A DNA stretch of 32,000 bases from Delftia acidovorans NBRC 14950 (GTDB lineage: Bacteria; Pseudomonadota; Gammaproteobacteria; Burkholderiales; Burkholderiaceae_C), in the NCBI RefSeq assembly GCF_001598795.1, contig NZ_BCZP01000003.1, forward strand, positions 240,001-272,000, written 5' to 3'. Shown one piece after another: positions 25,329 to 32,000 of this stretch. Every line of letters starts with the position of its first letter. Within the stretch, counting starts at the first letter, position 1. The translations under genes were made by a program, and so were the position numbers. The notes under the pieces were generated by a model. It did not search any database. It saw nothing but the letters and a program-made list of their open reading frames with translations, and was not told the DNA's origin.

Positions 25329-25982
25329 TCAGTAAGCGACGGTGAAACGCTGGCGCAGGTGCAGGCCCTTGTCCAGCGCGTCGACCAGGGCCACGGCCAG
25401 GTCCGCTGCCGAAATCGTGCCGGGCTGGCCATCGGCCTGCATCAGCGGCTCATCCTTGCCCGTGCGGTATTGGCCCGTGCGTTCGCCATGGTCGCCCAGG
25501 TGCAGGGCAATGGGCGGGCTCAGCATCGTCCAGTCCAGGCCCTGCTCCTTTTGCAGATCGTTGAGGGCATCGCGGGCAGCCGAGGCGCCGGGCTTGATGG
25601 CGGCCGGGAACTCGGGCGTGTCCACCAGTTGCTTGCCGGGTGCGATGTAGAGGCTGCCTGCGCCGCCGACCACCAGGTAGCGCTTGATGCCGGCCGCCTT
25701 GGTGCCCGCCACGATGGCGCGCGAGCCGCGCATGAAATCCTCATAGATGTCGGGATTGCCCCAGCCCGCGTTGTAGGCGCTGACCACGGCGTCCGCGCCC
25801 GCCACGGCGCGCTGCACGGCGGCGGCGTCCAGTACATCGGCCTGCACGGCCTGCAGCCGCGGCTGGGCCGCCAGCTTGGCGGGGTCGCGCACCAGGGCCA
25901 CGACCTCATGGCCGCGCTGCAGCAGCTCCTTCAATACCGCCGAACCCACAAAGCCGGTTGCGCCAATCAATGCCACTTTCAT
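25329..25982 (-). CDS. NAD(P)H-binding NmrA/atypical-SDR family protein
   Basis: MKVALIGATGFVGSAVLKELL.RGHEV.ALVR.P.KL is a Rossmann GxxGxxG N-terminus. 217 aa. Confidence 0.8.
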   Translation of the reverse strand: MKVALIGATGFVGSAVLKELLQRGHEVVALVRDPAKLAAQPRLQAVQADVLDAAAVQRAVAGADAVVSAYNAGWGNPDIYEDFMRGSRAIVAGTKAAGIKRYLVVGGAGSLYIAPGKQLVDTPEFPAAIKPGASAARDALNDLQKEQGLDWTMLSPPIALHLGDHGERTGQYRTGKDEPLMQADGQPGTISAADLAVALVDALDKGLHLRQRFTVAY

Positions 25983-26105
25983 CTTCGGTCCTTTATGGCG
26001 CCAGGGCGCCTGTTCACGATGGCATTGAGATTACGCCGTTCACAATGCATGCGGTAGACGGCAATTTTTACCAAGACCTTGAAGTGCAGCTTCACAATAC
26101 AGCCC

Positions 26106-27041
26106 ATGGATGACTACAGACGCATGGCCGTTTTCGCCGCCGTGGTGCAGCACGGCTCCATGAGCGCCGCCGCGCGTGCCCTGGGCATGAGCCCCTCGGC
26201 CGTGAGCCAGCAGGTGCGCCAGCTCGAACGCGATGGCGGCGTCACCCTGCTGCACCGCTCCACCCGGCAGATCGCGCTGACCGACACGGGCGAGCGCTAC
26301 TACCAGCAGTGCGCCGCCATGGCCCAGGCCGCCAGCCAGGCGCGGGCCGAGCTGGCGGCCGCGCGCGACGAGCCCGGCGGCGAGCTGCGCCTGTCAGCCA
26401 CGGTGGGCTTTGCCCGCCACATCGCGCCGGCCCTGGGCCACTGGCTGGCGCGGCACCCCGCACTGCGCCTGCACCTGGATGTGGACGACGCGCCCATCGA
26501 CCTCATACAAAGCCGCATCGACCTGGCCTTGCGCTTCGGCCGGCTGGCCGATTCCGGCTGGGCCGCCCGGCGCCTGGGCGCCATGCGCAACTGGCTGTGC
26601 GCCTCGCCGGCATGGATACAGGCCCAGGGGGGCGGCGCGGCTTGGCGCCACCCGGCACCGCTGGCCAGCATGCGCTGGCTGGGCCTGGCGCGCGAGGGCC
26701 AGGGCCAGGCCCTGCGTGCCGAGGCGCGCCACCCTGACACGGGCGAGACCTACAGCCTGCAGGTGCTGCCGCATGTGGCCAGCAACAACCAGCTGTCCAT
26801 CCAGCAGATGTGCGAGGCGGGCCTGGGCCTGGCCCTGCTGGGCAGCATGGACGTGGCCGACACGGTGGCCGAAGGCCGCCTGGTGCGCCTGCTGCCCGAC
26901 TGGGACTTCGGCGGCCTCGACATCTGGGCCGTCACCCCGCAGCGCCAGGCCCAGCCCGCCAAGGTGCGCCAGGCCATCGCTGCCTTGCAGGCCTATCTGG
27001 CCAGGTTGCCGGGCGTGGTCGATGCGCCGGCCTCAGCCTGA
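26106..27041 (+). CDS. LysR-family transcriptional regulator
   Basis: MDDYRRMAVFAAVVQHGSMSAAARALGMSPSAVSQQVRQLE...GV.LL.RSTR...LT..G..YY. Divergent from the NmrA-like gene. Confidence 0.85.
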   Translation: MDDYRRMAVFAAVVQHGSMSAAARALGMSPSAVSQQVRQLERDGGVTLLHRSTRQIALTDTGERYYQQCAAMAQAASQARAELAAARDEPGGELRLSATVGFARHIAPALGHWLARHPALRLHLDVDDAPIDLIQSRIDLALRFGRLADSGWAARRLGAMRNWLCASPAWIQAQGGGAAWRHPAPLASMRWLGLAREGQGQALRAEARHPDTGETYSLQVLPHVASNNQLSIQQMCEAGLGLALLGSMDVADTVAEGRLVRLLPDWDFGGLDIWAVTPQRQAQPAKVRQAIAALQAYLARLPGVVDAPASA

Positions 27042-27060
27042 GGATCATGGACAGCGCACG

Positions 27061-27084
27061 AAAAAAAGCCCGCACGGGGCGGGC
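27061..27084 (-). terminator. Intrinsic terminator of the Liv-type binding-protein gene
   Basis: On the minus strand this reads gcccgc-cccgt-gcgggc followed by ttttttt (the A-run at 27061-27067 on the plus strand). Confidence 0.8.
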
Positions 27085-27109
27085 ATGAAAACGAAGGAAG
27101 GACGCTCGC

Positions 27110-28240
27110 TCAGTCGAGGGCTGTCTTCTGGCCGTTCTTGAACACGCTCAGCGTGTACGAGGGGTTCTTCATCTCGCCATTCTTCTCGAAGGCGATCTTC
27201 GAGGTCACGCCCGAGTAGTCGGCCTTTTGCAGGAAGGGGATGTAGACCTTGGGGTCCCAGGAGTTGGCGCGCTTCATGGCGTCGGCCAGCATCATGGTGG
27301 CGTCGTAGAAGTACGGGCTGTAGACCTGGAACTGGCCGGGGTACTTGGCGTCGTAGCGCTTTTTCCATTCCGTGCCGCCGGGCATCTTGGCCAGCGAGGC
27401 GCCGCCATCGGCGCAGATCACGTTGTCCAGCGGCTTGGCACCGGCCGCCACCTTGGCCAGCTCGGGCACGCACAGGCCGTCGCCGCCGAAGTACTTGGCA
27501 TCGTTCAGGCCCAGCTGGGCCATCTGGCGCAGCATGGGGCCGGCTTGGCCGTACATGCCGCCGTAGAAGATGCCATCGGGCTTCTTGGCCTTGATCGAGG
27601 TCAGGATGGCCATGAAGTCCGTGGCCTTGTCGTTCGTGAACTCGGAGGCCACGACCTTCACGCCCAGCTTTTCCGCATCCTTCTTGAACACATTGGCCAG
27701 GCCCTGGCCATAGGCCGTGCGGTCATCGATGATGGCCACGGTCTTGAGCTTGAGCGTCTGCGCCGCGTACTTGGCCAGTGCCGCGCCCAGCGCGTTGTCA
27801 TTGGCGATCACGCGGTAGGTGGTGTTCCAGCCGGGCTTGGTCAGGTCGGGGTTGGTGGCCGCGCCCGTGATCATGGGAATGCCGCAGTCCTGGAAGACCT
27901 TGGACGAGGGAATGGCCACGCCCGAGTTGAGGAAGGCCACGGCGCCGGCGACCTTGTCGTCGCACAGCTTCTGCGAGGCGGCCGTGCCCTGCTTGGGATC
28001 GGCCACATCGTCCTCGGCCACCAGCTGGAACTTGACCTTCTTGCCGGCGATCTCCATGCCCTTGGCATTGAGCTCGTCGATGGCCATGCGCACGCCGTTT
28101 TCGTTGTCCTTGCCGAAATTGGCCTGGGGACCGGACACCGGGCCGATGTGGCCGATGCGGATCACCTGCTCCTGGGCCATGGCCACGCCACCCATGCCGG
28201 CCACGACGGCCGCAATACACAACTTCCGGGACATCTTCAT
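27110..28240 (-). CDS. Periplasmic ABC-transporter substrate-binding protein, LivJ/LivK (branched-chain amino-acid) family; orphan, with no permease or ATPase genes adjacent
   Basis: A signal peptide ending AMAQ is followed by IRIGHIGP.SGP.A..G....NG..MAI.ELN..G..I.GK...F.L...DD..DP.QG...A.KL.DD.V..V.....SG. GAGGAG lies 7 nt before the ATG at 28240. Confidence 0.85.
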   Translation of the reverse strand: MKMSRKLCIAAVVAGMGGVAMAQEQVIRIGHIGPVSGPQANFGKDNENGVRMAIDELNAKGMEIAGKKVKFQLVAEDDVADPKQGTAASQKLCDDKVAGAVAFLNSGVAIPSSKVFQDCGIPMITGAATNPDLTKPGWNTTYRVIANDNALGAALAKYAAQTLKLKTVAIIDDRTAYGQGLANVFKKDAEKLGVKVVASEFTNDKATDFMAILTSIKAKKPDGIFYGGMYGQAGPMLRQMAQLGLNDAKYFGGDGLCVPELAKVAAGAKPLDNVICADGGASLAKMPGGTEWKKRYDAKYPGQFQVYSPYFYDATMMLADAMKRANSWDPKVYIPFLQKADYSGVTSKIAFEKNGEMKNPSYTLSVFKNGQKTALD

Positions 28241-28415
28241 CGCGCACTCCTCAGTTGAAACAGGCCGTCACGTTATTCCCGTCATCGCGGCTTGGCAATG
28301 CCGCGTGACGGGGCCGCGACACTCGGCACCAACTCAGTGTTTACGAGCATCCGTCCCCACCCAAAGCTGTGCTGGGTGGCGCGCCGCAACCGGCGACGCA
28401 GGCGACGCTTGCAAC

Positions 28416-28958
28416 TCAGGCCGCGCGGGCCTGGCCCAGCGCCTGCACCTGGGCCAGCTGGTCCAGGGCCGCCAGGCAGGCATGGGCCACCTCAACGCCC
28501 TTCTTCACGAAGTGGGCGCGGAAAAACTCCACATGGTCGCCGTGCTCGTGGAAGTCGCGCGGCGTGAGCACGGCGGAGAACACCGGCACCTCGGTGTCGA
28601 GCTGCACGCGCATCAGCCCGTCGATCACGGCCGAGGACACGAACTCATGGCGGTAGATGCCGCCATTGACCACCAGAGCGCAGGCGATGATGGCGTCGAA
28701 GCGGCCAGTGTCGGCCAGCTTCTTGGCCAGCAGCGGGATCTCGAAGGCGCCGGGCACATTGAAGTGGCTGATGTTCTGCGCGGCCACGCCCTGGGCCTGC
28801 AGCTCGGCCGCCATGGAGTCGCGCGCCTGGTGCACGACATCGGTATGCCAGCTCGCGCAGATGACGGCCACGCGGCTGCGGCCCGCGACGGCCCTCCACG
28901 GCGTGCCCGAGGCCGTGCCGTGTGCGGAGAAATTCAAGGAGACAGGAGTCTGATTCAT
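28416..28958 (-). CDS. ribH: 6,7-dimethyl-8-ribityllumazine synthase, type II (Brucella RibH2-like)
   Basis: R.A.I.A.WH.D.V..AR.S..AEL.........F.VPGA.EIPL.AK.LA.TGR..AI...A.V..GGIYRH.FV..AVI.G.M.VQL.TEVPV.S.VLTP..FHE......FF..HF..KG.E.A.A.L aligns with the Brucella RibH2 sequence as I recall it. It is directly preceded by an FMN riboswitch. Confidence 0.85.
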   Translation of the reverse strand: MNQTPVSLNFSAHGTASGTPWRAVAGRSRVAVICASWHTDVVHQARDSMAAELQAQGVAAQNISHFNVPGAFEIPLLAKKLADTGRFDAIIACALVVNGGIYRHEFVSSAVIDGLMRVQLDTEVPVFSAVLTPRDFHEHGDHVEFFRAHFVKKGVEVAHACLAALDQLAQVQALGQARAA

Positions 28959-29069
28959 GGTGCTCTTTCAAGATGAGACAAATGAATCAGGGCGCGCGCC
29001 ATGGCGCCGCATGGCGCGGCGCAGCCCATGGGACAACCATGGGCATGGCGCCTGCCATGCAGGTGCTGC

Positions 29070-29234
29070 GCGATCTCTTTCATCCGGACTGTGACCGTCG
29101 GCTCTGGCATCTCACCAGATCTGCTGACCCCGGCCGGCCTTGCGGCTTGCCGGGCGCTCGCGGGCTCCTGGACACATGCCGAAAGACAGATCCAGATACC
29201 GCCGGTGGGGAATTTCGCCCCGCCCTGAGAACGC
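29070..29234 (-). promoter_or_regulatory. FMN riboswitch (RFN element) in the ribH2 leader
   Basis: The minus strand reads GCGTTCTCAGGGCGGGGCGAAATTCCCCACCGGCGGTA...GAGCCCGCGAGCGCC...GGTCAGCAGATCTGGTGAGATGCCAGAGCCGACGGTCACAGTCCGGATGAAAGAGATCGC. All conserved RFN core blocks are present, and P1 is closed by GCGTTCTC/GAGATCGC. A TAGAAT -10-like hexamer lies at 29278-29283 on the minus strand. Confidence 0.93.
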
Positions 29235-29514
29235 TGCTTTGCGGCGCACGGACTGCGCACCGCCAAAGACAGAGGCCATTCTAGCCGCGCCCGCAAGCCA
29301 TTGCCGCGACCGGGGCGGCAGGCGCGCTTGCGCACCACGCCTGCGCAATTCATCTGGCAACACCTACAGAATATGGGCGAATTGCTATCAAAATAGAAGC
29401 TCCGCTGTCGCCCTTGTTGCCTTGCAAGGACGACCCAGGTCAACCAATACGGCCTGTCAAACGTCATAGGAAGAGATCCAGACAGGAAACACGCCTTTGC
29501 CCGGACCCCATACC

Positions 29515-30168
29515 ATGCCCCGTTCCAACGCCCCCACCACGCAGCCACACCAGCAGCGTGACCTGCGCCCCCTGCGCATGCTGCGCCTGCTGGCCGGCCT
29601 TGGCCTCGCCGCCCTGGTCACCGCCTGCGCCGTGCCGCCCGATGGCTACTCGGACATGGGCTCCGGCTACCCCAGCTATCCCAGCTATCCGACCTACCCC
29701 AGCTACCCCTCTGGCGGCGGCGTCATCTACCCCTCCTATCCCACGCAGCCCGCCTATCCCGACAACGGCTGGTACGAGCGCCAGCGCCTGCAGCGCGAGC
29801 GCGATCGCCTGCAGTACGAGCGCGAGCGCATTCAGCAGGAGCGCAACCGCGACGCCTGGCGCGACCGCCAGGAGCGCGAGCGTGAAATGCGCGAGCGCGA
29901 CCGGGACCGGGACCGCCAGGCACAGGACCGCGACCGCCAGTTGCGCGAGCGCATGCAGGAGCAGCAGCGCCGCGAAGCCGAGCGCCAGCAGCGGGACCGC
30001 GAGCGCGATCAGGGCCAGCAGCAACGCGATCGTGAACGCCAGCAACGCGACCGGGAACAGCAGCAGCGTGACCGCGAGCAGCAGCAACGCGCCATCGAGC
30101 GCATGCAGCGCGAAAGCCAGGGCGGCGGCAACCCCTACCCCACGCAGGATCCGCGCCACTGGCGTTGA
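29515..30168 (+). CDS. Low-complexity lipoprotein: signal peptide with lipobox (LVTA|C), a (S/T)YP repeat block, then a ~110-aa Arg/Glu/Asp/Gln-rich tract
   Basis: ...LRMLRLLAGLGLAALVTAC is followed by GYPSYPSYPTYPSYPS..IYPSYPTQPAYP and then ERQRLQRERDRLQYERERIQQERNRD...QQRDRERDQGQQQRDRERQQRDREQQQRDREQQQR. Third positions are G/C-rich in this frame. The start is probably the ATG at 29515; 29578 is also possible. Confidence 0.65.
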   Translation: MPRSNAPTTQPHQQRDLRPLRMLRLLAGLGLAALVTACAVPPDGYSDMGSGYPSYPSYPTYPSYPSGGGVIYPSYPTQPAYPDNGWYERQRLQRERDRLQYERERIQQERNRDAWRDRQEREREMRERDRDRDRQAQDRDRQLRERMQEQQRREAERQQRDRERDQGQQQRDRERQQRDREQQQRDREQQQRAIERMQRESQGGGNPYPTQDPRHWR

Positions 30169-30265
30169 ACGGCTGACCAGCGGCATGTCCAGCCCCCTGC
30201 GCTGCGCACCATAATCGGCAATGCACCACATCCCTGTGCCGCTTGTGATGGGAAAGGAAACCGCC

Positions 30266-30937
30266 ATGCACCGCACCCAAGACCTTTGCCAGCGCCGGGC
30301 GCTGGCGGCGCTTGTACCGATGCTTGCAACGCTGGTGATGGCACTCACCGCAGGCGCGGCCTCGGCCCAGGTCATCCGCTGCACGGACGCCAAGACCGGC
30401 CGCGTCACCTACACCAACAGCAGTTGCAAGGACGGCGAAAACCGCGTGCAGGTGCAGGAAGCCCCCAGCCCCGAAGAGCTGGAACGCGAGCGCGCGCAGT
30501 CCGCCGCCGCCATAGAGCGCAAGAACCAGCAACTGACCCGCGAAGAGGCCGAGCGCCGCGCACGCGCCCAGCAGCAGGAGCGCGAGGCGCGCAGCCGGCG
30601 CGAGCGCGAGAACTCGGCCCAGCGCGACAGCGGCGACTCCCCTGCCTGCCAGCAGGCGCGCCGCCGTCTGGACACCATCCTGGCCGAGTCCAACCCCGAT
30701 CCCGCCACCTGGGGCCCGCGCAGCCAGGCCGCCCAGCAGCAAATGGAAATGGCCTGCCTGGGCCCCAAGGCCTATGAGCAGCTGCAGCAATCGCGCGCAC
30801 TGCAGCCCAATGCCATCAACCGGCCGTGGATCGTCGGGCGCCCCGTGCCGCCGCAGCCGCTGCCGCCTTCGGCGCCCATCTCGCACTGCAATGTGTTCCG
30901 CTGCTACGACACCAACGGCGGCATCCATCCGCGCTGA
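30266..30937 (+). CDS. Secreted DUF4124-like protein with a charged helical linker and a Cys-containing C-terminus
   Basis: A signal peptide ending AASAQ is followed by VIRCTDAKTGRVTYTNSSC (a DUF4124-type beta-hairpin motif). Then comes EELERERAQSAAAIERKNQQLTREEAERRARAQQQEREARSRRERE, and the C-terminus is ..HCNVFRCYDTNGGIHPR. Confidence 0.65.
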   Translation: MHRTQDLCQRRALAALVPMLATLVMALTAGAASAQVIRCTDAKTGRVTYTNSSCKDGENRVQVQEAPSPEELERERAQSAAAIERKNQQLTREEAERRARAQQQEREARSRRERENSAQRDSGDSPACQQARRRLDTILAESNPDPATWGPRSQAAQQQMEMACLGPKAYEQLQQSRALQPNAINRPWIVGRPVPPQPLPPSAPISHCNVFRCYDTNGGIHPR

Positions 30938-30938
30938 T

Positions 30939-31958
30939 TCACGCGCGCAGGCCCTGCTCCACGGTGGGGTAGCGCAGGCGCAGGCCCAGCTCGGCCTTCA
31001 GGCGCTGGTTGCGCAGGCGGCGTGACTCCCCCATGAAGCTCAGCAGGCTGGCCGGCAGTTCGCGCTGTGCCTGCTCGCGCGTGATGCGCGCGGGGCGCGG
31101 CAGGCCGTAGAGATCGGCCGCAAAGTCGAAATAGTCCCCCATGCGCAGCTGCGTATCGTCGCTGGCGTGGTAGATGCGCTGCGGCCGGCCGCGCCACAGC
31201 GCCCGCACGCAGGCGCGGGCCAGGTCGTCGGCATGGATGTGGTTGGTGTAGACATCCTCTGCGGCGCACAGCAGGGGCGTGCCGCGCAGCAGGCGCCCGC
31301 GCGGCGTGCCGTTTTCCCGGTCCGGCGCATAGATGCCCGGGATGCGCAAAATGCTGGCGCGCAGGCCGCCGCGCCCGGCAAAGCGCACGGCACGCTCGGC
31401 GTTCACGCGGCGCTGGGCACGCGCCGTGGCCGGTGCGGGCGGGCGGCTTTCGTCGATCCAGGCGCCCTCGCAGTTGCCATAGACGCCGGAGGTCGAGCCA
31501 TAGACCAGGCTCGCCGGCCGGCCGCGACGGCGCAGCACGCGCAGCAGGGCCGTGGTGCGCGGGTCCAGCCACCAGCCCTCTTCGCCAGCGGGCGGATTGG
31601 GCGGCGGCGCCAGGTGGACGACGCGCGTGGCCAGGCCGGCCAGACGGCGCAGCGTGGCTGGTGCGTCCAGATCGCCCAGCAGCGGCGTGATGCCGCGCCC
31701 GCGCAGATCCTGCAGGCGCTCGGCGCCACGCGTCAGGGCAAGCACGCGCGGGCCCCGTCGTGCGGCACCGGAGCGCGCGCCGGGCGCGCCCGCCAATGCA
31801 CCAGCCACGCGCAGCCCCACGTCGCCGCAGCCGACGATGAGCACGCGTTCGCGTCGAAAGCGCGCCGGCAGCGCGCCCAATGGGTTTTGGTTTGAGGGCA
31901 AAATCCTGGCCTGTTGCGAGGGCGGCCACCCGCGCGCCGCCGGTCGCGGCAGCGGCAT
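30939..31958 (-). CDS. NAD(P)-dependent oxidoreductase or epimerase-like SDR-family protein (start uncertain)
   Basis: RVLIVGCGDVGLRV (Rossmann), ..LVYGSTSGVYG...G.W.DE, ..R....E, ..ILRI.GIY.P.R. and ..N.IH..DLA. The ORF is open to 31994. An ATG lies at 31958 and a GTG at 31994. Confidence 0.65.
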   Translation of the reverse strand: MPLPRPAARGWPPSQQARILPSNQNPLGALPARFRRERVLIVGCGDVGLRVAGALAGAPGARSGAARRGPRVLALTRGAERLQDLRGRGITPLLGDLDAPATLRRLAGLATRVVHLAPPPNPPAGEEGWWLDPRTTALLRVLRRRGRPASLVYGSTSGVYGNCEGAWIDESRPPAPATARAQRRVNAERAVRFAGRGGLRASILRIPGIYAPDRENGTPRGRLLRGTPLLCAAEDVYTNHIHADDLARACVRALWRGRPQRIYHASDDTQLRMGDYFDFAADLYGLPRPARITREQAQRELPASLLSFMGESRRLRNQRLKAELGLRLRYPTVEQGLRA

Positions 31959-32000
31959 GTCCGTCCGGGAAAGAAGATCGCCGGCGCGCTCCACGCGCCC

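Noticed and set aside
29414-30408. Alternative frames across the low-complexity gene (29414-30214 plus strand, Ser/Ala/Thr-rich; 29464-30408 minus strand, Ala/Leu-rich).
   Set aside because: Only the 29515-30168 frame has a signal peptide with a lipobox and places G/C at third positions. The other frames stay open only because of the repetitive CAG/CGC/GAC composition.
1-32000. Search for a defence system, toxin-antitoxin pair, prophage, integron, CRISPR-Cas system or secondary-metabolite cluster.
   Set aside because: I see no nuclease, ATPase, methylase, RT, integrase or Cas-like ORFs. All large ORFs are accounted for by housekeeping, transport or regulatory families. The novelty I can support is limited to the structured repeats, the riboswitch locus and the low-complexity envelope proteins.

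Overview
This is a GC-rich chromosomal segment; in the real genes almost every third codon position is G or C. Gene content points to a Burkholderiales or Comamonadaceae-type betaproteobacterium: a Bug/TctC binding protein, several LysR regulators, a gcdR-gcdH-gcdG cluster, and valS-galU and cysM-tRNA-Leu neighbourhoods. This taxonomic call is an inference.

I can support about 32 protein genes, one tRNA-Leu(CAA), one FMN riboswitch and several intrinsic terminators. I found no transposase, integrase, phage gene, CRISPR array or recognisable defence or toxin module. The window therefore looks like core genome, not an accessory island.

The features that standard annotation does not explain are:
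- a 267-bp nested inverted-repeat element lying directly against the stop codon of a VOC gene, upstream of valS;
- a roughly 110-bp three-hairpin repeat present twice, right after the valS and gcdH stop codons, with compensatory base changes in all three stems;
- a canonical FMN riboswitch in front of a Brucella RibH2-like (type II) lumazine synthase;
- a 5'-truncated surface protein built from 291-bp tandem repeats;
- two adjacent secreted low-complexity proteins (a YPS-repeat, Arg/Glu/Asp/Gln-rich lipoprotein and a DUF4124 protein);
- a roughly 0.6-kb gene-free stretch with low third-position GC downstream of tRNA-Leu, carrying DnaA-box-like motifs, next to a small orphan winged-helix-like ORF.

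Many long ORFs in the six-frame track are antisense or out-of-frame artefacts of the high GC content. All family assignments come from reading the translations by eye, with no database search.
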